A stretch of DNA of 36,099 bases from an uncultured Muribaculaceae bacterium (GCA_964418205.1 CAYQKO010000001.1:1-36099); one strand, 5' to 3'; counted from the stretch's first letter, positions 23,732 through 33,805 are shown. The notes: generated by a model not told the origin, from the letters alone. Translations and numbers: made by a program.

Positions 23732-25279
23732 CTATTCTTTTAAATTCTCTATTTCTTTTAACTTCTTTTCCACATCAATTCTCATAAAGATAGGTTCAGG
23801 ATTACATACTTCATAAGTATACATAGGATTGTAAACATTCTCCTTCTCCTTGTGATTCAACTGTTTTAAAATCTCATCCGATGTATCTGGTAAGAACGGA
23901 TATAACTCACTAGCACATACTTTAATACTTTCTAAAAGATTATATAAAACAGTTTCTAAACGATCCCTTTTAGTTTCATCTTTCGCCAAACTCCAAGGAA
24001 TTGTATCATCAATATACTTATTGGACTTACGTAATACATCAAATATAGCATCAATAGCTCGACCAATTTCTAAACGATTCATAGAAGAATCAACCTTATT
24101 AGGTAACTCATGAATAGCCTGAATAAATTCACTATCGAATTCATCCTCTTGTCCTTTATATAGAACTTTACCACCAAAATATTTTTGAACCATAGAAATA
24201 GTTCGATTTATCAAATTACCTAAAATATTAGCTAAATCACTATTAATCCTTTCAATAATAAGTTCATAAGTAATAGAACCGTCACTTTGAAAAGGAATTT
24301 CATGTAAAACATAATAACGTATAGCATCCACCCCAAATAAATCTACCAATTCATCTGCATACATAATATTGCCTTTACTCTTACTCATCTTATCATTTCC
24401 CATTAACAACCATGGATGTCCAAAAACTTGTTTTGGTAAAGGTAAATCAAGAGCCATTAAAATAATAGGCCAATATATCGTATGAAACCTTATAATATCC
24501 TTACCAATTAAATGTAAATCAGCAGGCCACCATTTCTTGAAATTATCATTACCACCATCTACATCATACCCTATATTAGTAATATAATTTGATAAAGCAT
24601 CAATCCAAACATACACAATATGCTTATCGTTAAAAGGAACTCGAATACCCCAATCAAAACTAGTTCTAGATACACACAAATCTTGCAATCCTGGCTTCAA
24701 AAAATTATTTATCATCTCATTCTTACGAGCTTCAGGTTGAATAAACTCTGGATGAGCTTCAATATATTCCATAAGTCTATCTTGATATTTTGATAAACGG
24801 AAAAAATAAGCTTCCTCACTTCTAGAATCCACTTCACGTCCACAATCAGGACACTTTCCATCTACAAGTTGAGATTCAGTCCAAAAAGATTCACAAGGCG
24901 TACAATATAATCCCTCATACTTACCCAAATAAATATCTCCTTGATGATATAACTTTTCAAAAATCCTACCAACAACTTCCTTATGATTCTCATCCGTAGT
25001 TCGAACAAACTTATCATAGCTAGTATTCATAACATCCCATATATTTTTTATTTCCCGGGAAATATTATCAACATATTCCTGAGGAGAAATTCCTGCTAAC
25101 CTTGCTTTCCCCTCAATTTTTTCTCCATGCTCATCCGTACCAGTTTGAAAATAAACATCATAACCTCTACTTCTCTTATAACGAGCAATTGCATCAGCTA
25201 AAACAATTTCATAAGTATTACCAATATGAGGCTTTGCAGAAGCATAAGCAATTGCTGTAGTAATATAATATTTTTTCAT
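23732..25279 (-). CDS. metG: Methionine--tRNA ligase (short form without C-terminal tRNA-binding domain)
   Basis: It has the HIGH motif (PHIGNTY), KMSKS (KMSKSKGN) and the zinc knuckles CTPCESF / CPDCG. The length is 515 aa. Confidence 0.95.
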   Translation of the reverse strand: MKKYYITTAIAYASAKPHIGNTYEIVLADAIARYKRSRGYDVYFQTGTDEHGEKIEGKARLAGISPQEYVDNISREIKNIWDVMNTSYDKFVRTTDENHKEVVGRIFEKLYHQGDIYLGKYEGLYCTPCESFWTESQLVDGKCPDCGREVDSRSEEAYFFRLSKYQDRLMEYIEAHPEFIQPEARKNEMINNFLKPGLQDLCVSRTSFDWGIRVPFNDKHIVYVWIDALSNYITNIGYDVDGGNDNFKKWWPADLHLIGKDIIRFHTIYWPIILMALDLPLPKQVFGHPWLLMGNDKMSKSKGNIMYADELVDLFGVDAIRYYVLHEIPFQSDGSITYELIIERINSDLANILGNLINRTISMVQKYFGGKVLYKGQEDEFDSEFIQAIHELPNKVDSSMNRLEIGRAIDAIFDVLRKSNKYIDDTIPWSLAKDETKRDRLETVLYNLLESIKVCASELYPFLPDTSDEILKQLNHKEKENVYNPMYTYEVCNPEPIFMRIDVEKKLKEIENLKE

Positions 25280-25731
25280 TTTTCACTCTCTTTTCTATAT
25301 ATTATTCCATTCAAATAATTTTGAATAATTTTTTTAGTAGGCTCACTTAAATTTTGAGGTAAATCATCTAACGCAAAAAAATCATATTTAACATGCTCCT
25401 CCGTTCTCCCTAATGAAATCTCGCCAGTATATGAAGAAGCAACAAAACCAATCGTAACAAAATGCGCATATGAATTAATATCATCAGCTACAGAAACCAA
25501 TTCAATATTTACTATATCTAAATTAGTTTCTTCTTTTACTTTCCGTATTGCAGCTTGAAACAATGTTTCATCTCTTTTAACTTTACCAGCAGGCAAAGTC
25601 CATGTTCCTTCTAAACGCATAAGACTATCTGCTTTTTGTGCATCATTATTACGAAGTAAAAATAGTACTTTGTTTTCAGAATTTATTAAGATTACCCCTA
25701 AACCAACTCCAGGAAAATCCATGCTTATCAA
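25276..25731 (-). CDS. NUDIX hydrolase
   Basis: The Nudix box is GKVKRDETLFQAAIRKVKEETNL (G-x5-E-x7-R-x-x-x-E-E-x). There is a 4-nt overlap with the metG start. The start is either M1 or M4. Confidence 0.85.
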   Translation of the reverse strand: MISMDFPGVGLGVILINSENKVLFLLRNNDAQKADSLMRLEGTWTLPAGKVKRDETLFQAAIRKVKEETNLDIVNIELVSVADDINSYAHFVTIGFVASSYTGEISLGRTEEHVKYDFFALDDLPQNLSEPTKKIIQNYLNGIIYRKESEK

Positions 25732-25756
25732 CTCCTAACATTACATATTTTCAAAA

Positions 25757-25955
25757 GAAAAAAATCATGAACAAAAGGACGAGTAAATACCCGTGGTACC
25801 ACCTTTATTCATGACTTCATCATGCACTTAAATCCTTAACGCAGATAACGTTTCAACTCCAGAACCATCTTCCATAATCTTCCTGTTTATTTTCACCAAC
25901 CACAAACTCTCTAAAAAGATTAAACTATGTACTCTTTCTTTCAACATTGAATAAT
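25757..25955 (-). promoter_or_regulatory. T-box riboswitch leader (predicted Met-specific) controlling nudix-metG
   Basis: The minus strand carries the T-box sequence AAUAAAGGUGGUACCACGGG (canonical AAnnnGGGUGGUACCGCG). It is enclosed by a terminator helix of about 13 bp, UCAUGAAUAAAGG...CCUUUUGUUCAUGA, followed by U7. Upstream are AGAGAG and GGUGAAA stem-I-like elements and AUG triplets (25873..25875, 25866..25868) where a specifier would lie. A possible extended -10, TGtTAGAAT, is at 25967..25959. Confidence 0.75.
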
Positions 25956-25972
25956 TCAATTCTAACATAAAA

Positions 25973-26488
25973 TTAGAGAATGTCAATTTTATTTACAAGG
26001 ATTTGCATTAAAAATTTAGCAAAATCTTTCATATAAGACAAGAACGGTTGTTCACTACACAATAGAACTAATCCAATAACATCCCCACTCATATTTATAG
26101 GCAAAACATAACCATAACATTCTTGTCCAAAAAAATTTTCTTTCAAAGAAGATTCATAACTTTCTCTACTTTCCAAAACACGATTCAACATTTCATCTAT
26201 TTTTCGATTCAAAAACTGTTTATCATAACTAGCAATAATTTTTTCACAATCAGTAAACATCAACTTTAATCCCATAGTATCCAACGATAATTGACACAAC
26301 AAAGAAGCTACATCTTGAATACTTAGTAATCGTGAGTATTTCTGTAAATAAATACCACTTTCTTTCAAAAAGATTTCTAAATCTTCACCATCCTTAATTC
26401 CCAATGTCTTACGAATTTCCTTTGGTAAAACTATCCTACCTAATTCATCTATTTTTCTTACAATACCTGTCTCTTTCAAAAGTTTCAC
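25973..26488 (-). CDS. spoVT: Stage V sporulation transcriptional regulator SpoVT (AbrB-type N-domain plus GAF-like C-domain)
   Basis: The N-terminal GIVRKIDELGRIVLPKEIRKTLGIKDGEDLEIF is the SpoVT/AbrB swapped-hairpin motif. The length is about 170 aa and the gene is adjacent to mfd, as in B. subtilis. Confidence 0.9.
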   Translation of the reverse strand: MKLLKETGIVRKIDELGRIVLPKEIRKTLGIKDGEDLEIFLKESGIYLQKYSRLLSIQDVASLLCQLSLDTMGLKLMFTDCEKIIASYDKQFLNRKIDEMLNRVLESRESYESSLKENFFGQECYGYVLPINMSGDVIGLVLLCSEQPFLSYMKDFAKFLMQILVNKIDIL

Positions 26489-26525
26489 TCCAATCTATCA
26501 TATAGTTTGAGCAAGCACGCAATTT

Positions 26526-29500
26526 TTATACTTCGAAATCATCATAAATTTTTTGAACTAACGGAACCAAAGAATAAACAAAATGTTTTTCTTGATTTAA
26601 AAGTGGTAAACTGATACCAATTTTTTTATTTTCATACTTAATTTGAAATTTTGGATTAATACTATATGCTTGCAAAAATAGTTTATCTCCCTTAATTTTT
26701 TCTGAAACTTCCTCTGGTAACCAAAATTGAATCATACGTGCATTTTGAATTACGTTCGTAATAGAAAGCTTCATTGCTAGTTTTTCAAACCACTCTTCAT
26801 ACATATATATTTCCATATCATCCGTAATTTTACCAAAACGGTCTACCAAAGTCTGCTTTACCTCCTCCAATTTCTGATAAGAATCAATTTCGTTAATCAT
26901 TTGATGAATTTCAATTTTAATAGATTCATCCGAAACATAAGTATCATCAATATGAGTTGCCACACGAATGAAAGAATCGTGTTGTTCTTCCTCTTCTACA
27001 AACTCCCCTTTCATACGTTGCATTTCTTCCTCAATCATCTTCATATAAAGACTAATTCCAACCGTATCTACAAATCCTGCCTGTTCACTTCCCAAAATAT
27101 CTCCGGCACCTCGAATAGATAAATCACGCATTGCAATTTTATAACCACTTCCAAGTTCTGTAAAATCCCGAATAGCTTGTAACCGTTTCACAGCAACATC
27201 ATTAAGCATTTTATTCTTAGCATATAACAAATAAGCATAAGCAACTTTATTACTTCTTCCAACACGTCCACGCAACTGATAAAGCTGACTTAAACCAAAA
27301 CAATCTGCATCATAAATAATTAAAGTATTTGCATTTGGAATATCAATACCCGTTTCAATAATCGTAGTACTTACTAAGACATCAAAGCCATAAGCAATAA
27401 AATCAGTCATAATATTATCAAGCTCTACTTTTGTCATACGACCATGTGCATATCTTATTCTTGCCTCTGGAACCAATTTTTGTAAACGAGACATCGCCTC
27501 TTCAATCGTATCAATACGATTATATAAAACAAATATTTGACCACTTCGAGCCAACTCTTTATAAATTGCATCTTTGACAAGCATATCACTTTCTGGAATA
27601 ACATAAGTTTGAATCGGATAGCGATTTACAGGTGCAGTATCAATAATCGATAAATCCCTAAGACCAGATAAACTCATCTTTAAAGTCCTCGGTATGGGAG
27701 TTGCAGATAAAGTGAGAACATTCACATCACTTTTAAGCTTCTTAATCTTTTCCTTATGTGTAACTCCAAATCTCTGTTCCTCATCAATAACCAAAAGTCC
27801 AAGATGTTTCGGTTTAATTTCAGGAGATAACAATCGATGAGTTCCAAACAATATATCTATCTTCCCATTTTGGAAATCCTCAATAATCTCCTTTGCTTCC
27901 CGATTTGTCGTAAAGCGATTAAATAAACGAATTTCAACAGCAAAATTTTTAAATCTATCCAATGCCGATTCATATTGTTGCTTCGATAATATGGTCGTTG
28001 GACATAAATACATTACTTGACGATTATTACAAACAGTTTTAAACATAGCTCGAAAAGCAACTTCGGTTTTTCCAAATCCTACATCTCCACACAATAAACG
28101 ATCCATTGGAACAGGAGAATCCAAATCTTTCAAAATATCCTCAATTGCTCGCAGTTGATCTTTTGTTTCTTCATATATAAAATCTTGAGCAAATAGTTCT
28201 TCCTCGGGAAAATCCCGATATGCTTCTCCTACAACACTTTGACGTTTTGCATACAACTTAATCAATTCCCCAGAAATATCTTTAATCTTTTTTTGAACTG
28301 CTTGCTTCTTTTTTTGCCATGCTGTAGAATTTAATGAATTAATCTGTGGCTTTAAACCGTCCTTATCACTATACTTATAAATACTAGTAATTTTCTCCAC
28401 TGGAACATATACTTTATCATTGTCTAAATAGGATATTTGTAAAAAATCTTTCTGTACACCACTAACAGTAAGCGTTGTTACACCACAATAAATACCAATT
28501 CCATGACTTCGATGCACAACATAATCACCAGTTTTTAAAGAATCCAAATCACGAACTTTTTTACCCATATGCAAATTATTCTTATATTTTATCTCTTGTT
28601 TCACTTCTTCAATATCATACGCACTAATGACCACATTATCTTCCCATACAAATCCCTTATTTAACTTACCTTGAACTACATTAATCACATTTTTATGAAT
28701 ATTATCTTTTTTTGTTAAAACAATATTTGACTCAAACAACTCTCGAATTTCCTCTATCTGATTTGTTAAAGAAAGAACAAAAATAACCGTTTTCTTTTTT
28801 AAAATACACCCTTCCACAAAATCATGAAGTTTAGAAAAATCACCTCTAAAATTGTCAATTTCCCGTGTTTCAAAACGACAAATCTTCTTTTTCCTTAATT
28901 CATTTGCAATACTATTTACATAAACAACATGCAATGGTTGCATTTCTTCCAACAAATAAAAATACTTTTTCTTTTCTAAAGGTTGTTCCTTTTGATAATT
29001 TAACGACTCCTCAACAAGCTTTTTATAAGAAAATTCAATCTGATTATAGTCAAAATAAATCACATCAGGACTTTCCATATAATCTAATATAGAACTAGAA
29101 CTATTTGTTGCAATTTCATCTATAGGTTTACAAATTATTTCTGAAACGGATTCAATAGTTCGTTGAGTATTCTCATCAAAATATCGTATATTTTCAATCG
29201 TATCACCAAAAAACTCAATACGAATTGGATGCGTTTCATCAATTAAAAAAATATCTAAAACAAAACCACGTACAGCATATTCTCCAGTCGATGTAACCAT
29301 AGAATCTCTATGATATCCTTGTTGTTCAAACTTAGCAATCAATTCATCTCTAGAGATTTCTAAATTATGTTTCAAAGTTAATTTTAAAGACATTTGAACT
29401 TCCCGATTTGGTAATAAATGTAAATATCCCATCAAATTTGTAATCACAATACAAGGCCCTTGACTCAATTTTTCTAAAGTTTCCAATCTTTTCAATTTTA

Positions 29501-29741
29501 ACTCTGGAGAAATAGCTAAAGCAACTGAGGTTAAAAAATCATCCATCGGAAATAAAAAAACTTTATCAGAATAAGTTGTCAAAGATCTATGTAACTTATT
29601 TGCTTCATACAAATTAGATGTCACGACCAAAACAGAACGATTACAATTTTTTAAATACTCTAATACATAAAAACAGGATAACTCATGCGTTAATCCTTCC
29701 ACAATAATTCCATCATCAAACTGAAATTTTTCAAAAATCAT
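26526..29741 (-). CDS. mfd: Transcription-repair coupling factor Mfd
   Basis: It has the RNAP-interacting domain (GDYVVHRSHGIG), helicase motifs (GDVGFGKTEVA, VIDEEQRFGV, LSATPIPRT, QLRGRVGRS) and the TRG motif region. The length is 1071 aa. Confidence 0.95.
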   Translation of the reverse strand: MIFEKFQFDDGIIVEGLTHELSCFYVLEYLKNCNRSVLVVTSNLYEANKLHRSLTTYSDKVFLFPMDDFLTSVALAISPELKLKRLETLEKLSQGPCIVITNLMGYLHLLPNREVQMSLKLTLKHNLEISRDELIAKFEQQGYHRDSMVTSTGEYAVRGFVLDIFLIDETHPIRIEFFGDTIENIRYFDENTQRTIESVSEIICKPIDEIATNSSSSILDYMESPDVIYFDYNQIEFSYKKLVEESLNYQKEQPLEKKKYFYLLEEMQPLHVVYVNSIANELRKKKICRFETREIDNFRGDFSKLHDFVEGCILKKKTVIFVLSLTNQIEEIRELFESNIVLTKKDNIHKNVINVVQGKLNKGFVWEDNVVISAYDIEEVKQEIKYKNNLHMGKKVRDLDSLKTGDYVVHRSHGIGIYCGVTTLTVSGVQKDFLQISYLDNDKVYVPVEKITSIYKYSDKDGLKPQINSLNSTAWQKKKQAVQKKIKDISGELIKLYAKRQSVVGEAYRDFPEEELFAQDFIYEETKDQLRAIEDILKDLDSPVPMDRLLCGDVGFGKTEVAFRAMFKTVCNNRQVMYLCPTTILSKQQYESALDRFKNFAVEIRLFNRFTTNREAKEIIEDFQNGKIDILFGTHRLLSPEIKPKHLGLLVIDEEQRFGVTHKEKIKKLKSDVNVLTLSATPIPRTLKMSLSGLRDLSIIDTAPVNRYPIQTYVIPESDMLVKDAIYKELARSGQIFVLYNRIDTIEEAMSRLQKLVPEARIRYAHGRMTKVELDNIMTDFIAYGFDVLVSTTIIETGIDIPNANTLIIYDADCFGLSQLYQLRGRVGRSNKVAYAYLLYAKNKMLNDVAVKRLQAIRDFTELGSGYKIAMRDLSIRGAGDILGSEQAGFVDTVGISLYMKMIEEEMQRMKGEFVEEEEQHDSFIRVATHIDDTYVSDESIKIEIHQMINEIDSYQKLEEVKQTLVDRFGKITDDMEIYMYEEWFEKLAMKLSITNVIQNARMIQFWLPEEVSEKIKGDKLFLQAYSINPKFQIKYENKKIGISLPLLNQEKHFVYSLVPLVQKIYDDFEV

Positions 29742-29751
29742 AGTACCTCAC

Positions 29752-30303
29752 CTACCTCGTATTATATATGTTCATAGTTTTATGAATTCCTTGAACGATA
29801 AAAGATTCTATAATCTCTTGAAACAAGGAATAATGTTCTTGAAGAAATTGAATTTCACTTTTAGAAAACTTTCCCAACACATAATTTATAGTATCTCCAT
29901 TTTCATCATGAGAAATACCTATCTTCAAGCGACAAAAATGCTCCGTATTTAAAGAGTTTATAATAGACTTAATACCATTATGTCCCCCAGAAGAACTATC
30001 CATCTTTAATTTATAATGTTCAAAAGCTAAATCCATATCATCTTGAATTACCAATATATCCTCGGGAAGAATATCATAATATTTAGCAATTTTTGCAACA
30101 CTAAAACCACTTTCATTCATAAAAGTAAAAGGTTTTACAAAAATACATTTATTTCCTTGTATATTGTCTTCCTTAATGGCAGCTTCAAATTTCTTTTCCA
30201 TATGAAAATTAGGAACAAAAGAATCCAAAACCATAAAACCAACATTATGACGGGTATTTTCATACTCTTTACCAGGATTTCCTAACCCAACTATCATTTT
30301 CAT
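29752..30303 (-). CDS. pth: Peptidyl-tRNA hydrolase
   Basis: MIVGLGNPGKEYENTRHNVGF, GGHNGIKSI. Confidence 0.95.
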   Translation of the reverse strand: MKMIVGLGNPGKEYENTRHNVGFMVLDSFVPNFHMEKKFEAAIKEDNIQGNKCIFVKPFTFMNESGFSVAKIAKYYDILPEDILVIQDDMDLAFEHYKLKMDSSSGGHNGIKSIINSLNTEHFCRLKIGISHDENGDTINYVLGKFSKSEIQFLQEHYSLFQEIIESFIVQGIHKTMNIYNTR

Positions 30304-30310
30304 AACATTC

Positions 30311-31021
30311 CTACTTTCTAAAAATTTTTTTATAACTATTCAAGTTTTGTACATTCAAAGGTGGATAAACTTTCGTTCCAAACTTAGCTCCCTTAACACA
30401 AGTTACTAATACCATCGTTGGATTATCACCTTCTTTAGATTGGATAATCTGCAACTCTTTTACTTCCATACCATACTGATGTGCAAAAACAAATATTTCA
30501 TCTATCCTATCTGGAATATGTACCAAATAAAACCTTCCCTTATTTTTTAACAAATAACTCACCATTTCAAAAATTTCAGGTAAAGTAATAGCAATTTCAT
30601 GACGTGCTATACTTTTTACTTGATTTTTATTAACATTGCTTGTTTCATTATACTTAAAATAAGGCGGATTGCACAAAATAACATCAAAATTATTTCCCGG
30701 GAAATAATTTTTTAAGTTTAATATACTATCATTTATTAATGATATCGCTTCTTGCATGCAATTATATATTACTGAGTCGACCGCTAAATCATAAATGACT
30801 TTTTGATATTCTACTCCTATTACAGATTTATGATATTTATAATGAATCAAAATTGGTATTACCGCATTTCCTGTACAAAAATCCAAAATTTTTAAATCAT
30901 CCTTTTTTATCTCAGCAAATTCAAACAATAAAATCGAATCTAATGAGAATTTAAAAGCTTCTTCATATTGATAAACCTTTAAATTTGGATAATCAAACAA
31001 CCAATTAAGAGATTTGTTCAT
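30311..31021 (-). CDS. yabB: SAM-dependent N6-adenine methyltransferase, YabB/TrmN6-like (tRNA m6A37 type)
   Basis: It has the SAM loop ILDFCTGNAVIP and the catalytic NPPY (LCNPPYF). It follows yaaT as in B. subtilis. The start is probably MNKSLNW (31021); the ORF track start at 31042 overlaps yaaT further. Confidence 0.8.
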   Translation of the reverse strand: MNKSLNWLFDYPNLKVYQYEEAFKFSLDSILLFEFAEIKKDDLKILDFCTGNAVIPILIHYKYHKSVIGVEYQKVIYDLAVDSVIYNCMQEAISLINDSILNLKNYFPGNNFDVILCNPPYFKYNETSNVNKNQVKSIARHEIAITLPEIFEMVSYLLKNKGRFYLVHIPDRIDEIFVFAHQYGMEVKELQIIQSKEGDNPTMVLVTCVKGAKFGTKVYPPLNVQNLNSYKKIFRK

Positions 31022-31817
31022 GATCCAAATGTACCTCTTCAAGTTGATTATCCACTAAAACTTTATAAGAACGATTTAAAATATCTATGCTAACTACATT
31101 ACCATTTCCTTTATCTGTATCTATTTTATCTCCAACATTAGGCATTCCATCAGAGCAACAAATATACGCTTCATCTTCATAAGCCAAACAACAAAGCAAA
31201 CGACCACAAGCACCATTAATTTTAGAAGGATTCAAAGCCAAATTTTGATTTTTAGCCATTTGCATAGTAATAGATTCTGGTTTCTTTAGACAACTAGCAC
31301 AACACAATTTACGTCCACATACTCCAATACCCCCTATTTCAGAAGCTTTATCTCGTGCACCAATTTGTCTTAACTCAATTCTAGTCTTATAAATACCCGC
31401 TAAAATTTTAGCCAGCTCTCGAAAATCTACCCTTTGATCAGCATAAAAATTAAATAGTAATTGTTTACGATCAAAAGTAAAACTAGCTTCTAAAAAATTC
31501 ATACCTAAGCCCAATCGTTCATTTTCTTTCTTCGCAATTCTAAGAGCTTCATCCGCATCCTTCAAATTTTTCAAATATTGTTCATAGTCTTTTTTAGTAG
31601 AAATTCGAATCACTTTTTTTAATTCATCAATATCCGAAACTTCTTTTGAAGATACCTTTCTAACAACTCTTCCAAATTGCAGTCCCTTTTCAGTTTCAAC
31701 AACTACGGTTACTCGATTAGGAATCTTTAAATTTTCTCCATTAAAATAATAACCTTTTCCTTTATCTTTAAAAACTACCTCATAAATATTCAAAATATCA
31801 CCTGCTTTCCAAAACAA
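31005..31817 (-). CDS. ricT: PSP1-domain stage 0 sporulation protein YaaT/RicT
   Basis: It has the PSP1 core (FKDKGKGYYF, RELAKILAGIYKTRIELRQIGARD) and the Cys cluster GVCGRKLCC....CGRLLCCLAYE. Confidence 0.9.
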   Translation of the reverse strand: MFWKAGDILNIYEVVFKDKGKGYYFNGENLKIPNRVTVVVETEKGLQFGRVVRKVSSKEVSDIDELKKVIRISTKKDYEQYLKNLKDADEALRIAKKENERLGLGMNFLEASFTFDRKQLLFNFYADQRVDFRELAKILAGIYKTRIELRQIGARDKASEIGGIGVCGRKLCCASCLKKPESITMQMAKNQNLALNPSKINGACGRLLCCLAYEDEAYICCSDGMPNVGDKIDTDKGNGNVVSIDILNRSYKVLVDNQLEEVHLDHEQIS

Positions 31818-32634
31818 AACGATCCAATAAAAAATTCATATTCAAATTATAATTCATTTCATCCAATAGTCCTGCTACATAATTCATTTGCCTAGAAAAA
31901 TAATCAACATCTTTCTTTAAAACAAACGTTAAATCTCCATACAAAGAATTCAAGGTACCAACACCTATTTTAACACAATATAAATTGTAATAAATTTCAA
32001 AAATACATTGAAACAAAAATAACAATTCTTTTTTATCATGAATCAGAGGACTTAAAACACTTTTATTATATAAAATTGCTTCTCCCAAAACAAGTTCATA
32101 TTCTTTTACATAATTTACAGCAATGGATTGCCAAACATTAGGGATTGTTAAATAAGAAAATCCCGCATAATAATCTAATATAATTTGACAACGACTTCGA
32201 ATTGTATCAATGATATTTTCCTTATTATTTGTTAAGAAAAATCCCAAAATATCATCTTCTGGTTCTTCTAAGAATTTTAGTATAGTATTGGCACTTGAAG
32301 GATTTAAATCCTCAGCGCTTAAAACAATATACATATTAAATTTTGAAAAAGTTGGTTTTGTTTTAAAAGCTTGTTTTAAAGCCAAAATTTGCTCTTTTTT
32401 GATTGTATTAGCATCTGGACGAATTACAAAAAGACTTGGAAGACTCTCATTTTCAATTAATTTTGCAAGTTTCAAATTTTCATTTTCATCTTCACCAGCA
32501 TTAATTTCACTCAAAAATTTCAACAAATTTTGTAAGCACTCCTCTTGATTGTTTGTTTCAAGTAAAAAAGCATGAGATAATTTGTTCTCATGAAATTCAT
32601 GAATTAATTGCTGCATACCTTTACTATTTTGCAC
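31798..32634 (-). CDS. holB: DNA polymerase III delta-prime subunit
   Basis: LSHAFLL, ANTILKFLEEPE and TIRSRCQ (sensor-2-like) are in the expected order. The gene lies upstream of yaaT as in B. subtilis. Confidence 0.85.
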   Translation of the reverse strand: MQNSKGMQQLIHEFHENKLSHAFLLETNNQEECLQNLLKFLSEINAGEDENENLKLAKLIENESLPSLFVIRPDANTIKKEQILALKQAFKTKPTFSKFNMYIVLSAEDLNPSSANTILKFLEEPEDDILGFFLTNNKENIIDTIRSRCQIILDYYAGFSYLTIPNVWQSIAVNYVKEYELVLGEAILYNKSVLSPLIHDKKELLFLFQCIFEIYYNLYCVKIGVGTLNSLYGDLTFVLKKDVDYFSRQMNYVAGLLDEMNYNLNMNFLLDRFVLESR

Positions 32635-32650
32635 TTTGCTTCACCTAAAC

Positions 32651-32845
32651 TTATTTTACTATAAAAAACAAAATAATTAAAGATGAAAGACCCGGAATAC
32701 CTAATAAAGTAACAATACCAACCGTAATTAAATTAATGGGAATATAAATTTGCAAAGACGAAATAAAATAGTTCATCCCATATAACAACAAAAATGAAAC
32801 AACAACTTTCTTTAAACCTGCAATTATTTTCTTTATCATAAGCAT
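32651..32845 (-). CDS. bofA: Pro-sigma-K processing inhibitor BofA
   Basis: A 64-aa two-TM protein with the conserved LLGIPGL motif near the second TM. It lies downstream of recR as in B. subtilis. Confidence 0.78.
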   Translation of the reverse strand: MLMIKKIIAGLKKVVVSFLLLYGMNYFISSLQIYIPINLITVGIVTLLGIPGLSSLIILFFIVK

Positions 32846-32881
32846 TGTCCTCTATGAAATAATATGAAAAAAATTCAGATT

Positions 32882-33490
32882 TTATTCTGAAATAACCTTT
32901 CTATCACTCAAGGCCTTATCCAAAGTAGTCGTATCCAAATAATCAATTTCCGCCCCAATAGGAAGACCATAAGATAAACGAGAAATCTTAACTTTTTTAT
33001 TTTCAAAAATTTTTTTAATATATAAAGTAGTTGTTTCTCCTTCAATAGAACTTTTTAAAGCCAGTATCAACTCCGGATTTTCCAAAGATTCCACTCTTTT
33101 CACCAAAGAAGACAAATTTATATCTTCTGCTCCCATGTCATCAATAGGTGAAATTAGTCCATTTAACACATGATACACACCTTGGTAATTACCAGCTCTT
33201 TCTAAAGCAAAAGCACTTTTATAATCCTCAATCACACAAATTAAATTATGATTTCGATGATCATTGCTACAAATCTTACATTTTTCCATATCCGTAAGAT
33301 TACCACAAACGGAGCAAGCATGCAATTTTTGTTTCGCATCTACCAATGCACGACTAGCAAACTCAATATCATCAATATTCAAATTAAGAGTTGCTAATGC
33401 CATTCGTTCAGCACTTTTTTCCCCAACACCTGGTAATTTCTTATAAAATTCTATTAATTGTTCTAAACTTTCAGGATATAAAGAATTCAT
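32882..33490 (-). CDS. recR: Recombination protein RecR
   Basis: It has the helix-hairpin-helix LPGVGEKSAERMA, the Zn finger CSVCGNLTDMEKCKIC and the Toprim segment ICVIEDYKSAFALERAG. Confidence 0.95.
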   Translation of the reverse strand: MNSLYPESLEQLIEFYKKLPGVGEKSAERMALATLNLNIDDIEFASRALVDAKQKLHACSVCGNLTDMEKCKICSNDHRNHNLICVIEDYKSAFALERAGNYQGVYHVLNGLISPIDDMGAEDINLSSLVKRVESLENPELILALKSSIEGETTTLYIKKIFENKKVKISRLSYGLPIGAEIDYLDTTTLDKALSDRKVISE

Positions 33491-33491
33491 A

Positions 33492-33788
33492 TTACATCAA
33501 TCCATCAAGCATCCCAGCATATTGTCCCATTTTCTTTTGCAATTCTTCATCTATTTTTTTAATCGCGTCTTTATGAGCCAAGACAATAAAATCCTCTAAC
33601 ATTTCAATATCATCCTGTTCTAAAGCATCTTTATTAATTTTAATAGAAACCACTTCTTTCTTGCCATTTAAAGTAATTTCTACAAATTCATATTTCCCGG
33701 GAAATAATTCTGCATTAATTTCTTCCTTCTTTTTTTGCAAATCACGTTGCATCTTTTGAGCTTGAGCCATAATACTCTGCATATTCAT
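33492..33788 (-). CDS. ybaB: Nucleoid-associated protein YbaB/EbfC (YaaK)
   Basis: The N-terminus MQSIMAQAQKMQRDLQKKKEE and a 98-aa length fit the family. It lies between dnaX and recR, which is a universally conserved order. Confidence 0.93.
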   Translation of the reverse strand: MNMQSIMAQAQKMQRDLQKKKEEINAELFPGKYEFVEITLNGKKEVVSIKINKDALEQDDIEMLEDFIVLAHKDAIKKIDEELQKKMGQYAGMLDGLM

Positions 33789-33805
33789 AAATTTTCCTTC
33801 TTTCT

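Noticed and set aside
32210-32548. A 112-aa plus-strand ORF antisense to holB.
   Set aside because: Same reasoning. It is Ser/Phe/Lys-rich and low-complexity, lies entirely within holB, and has no RBS.
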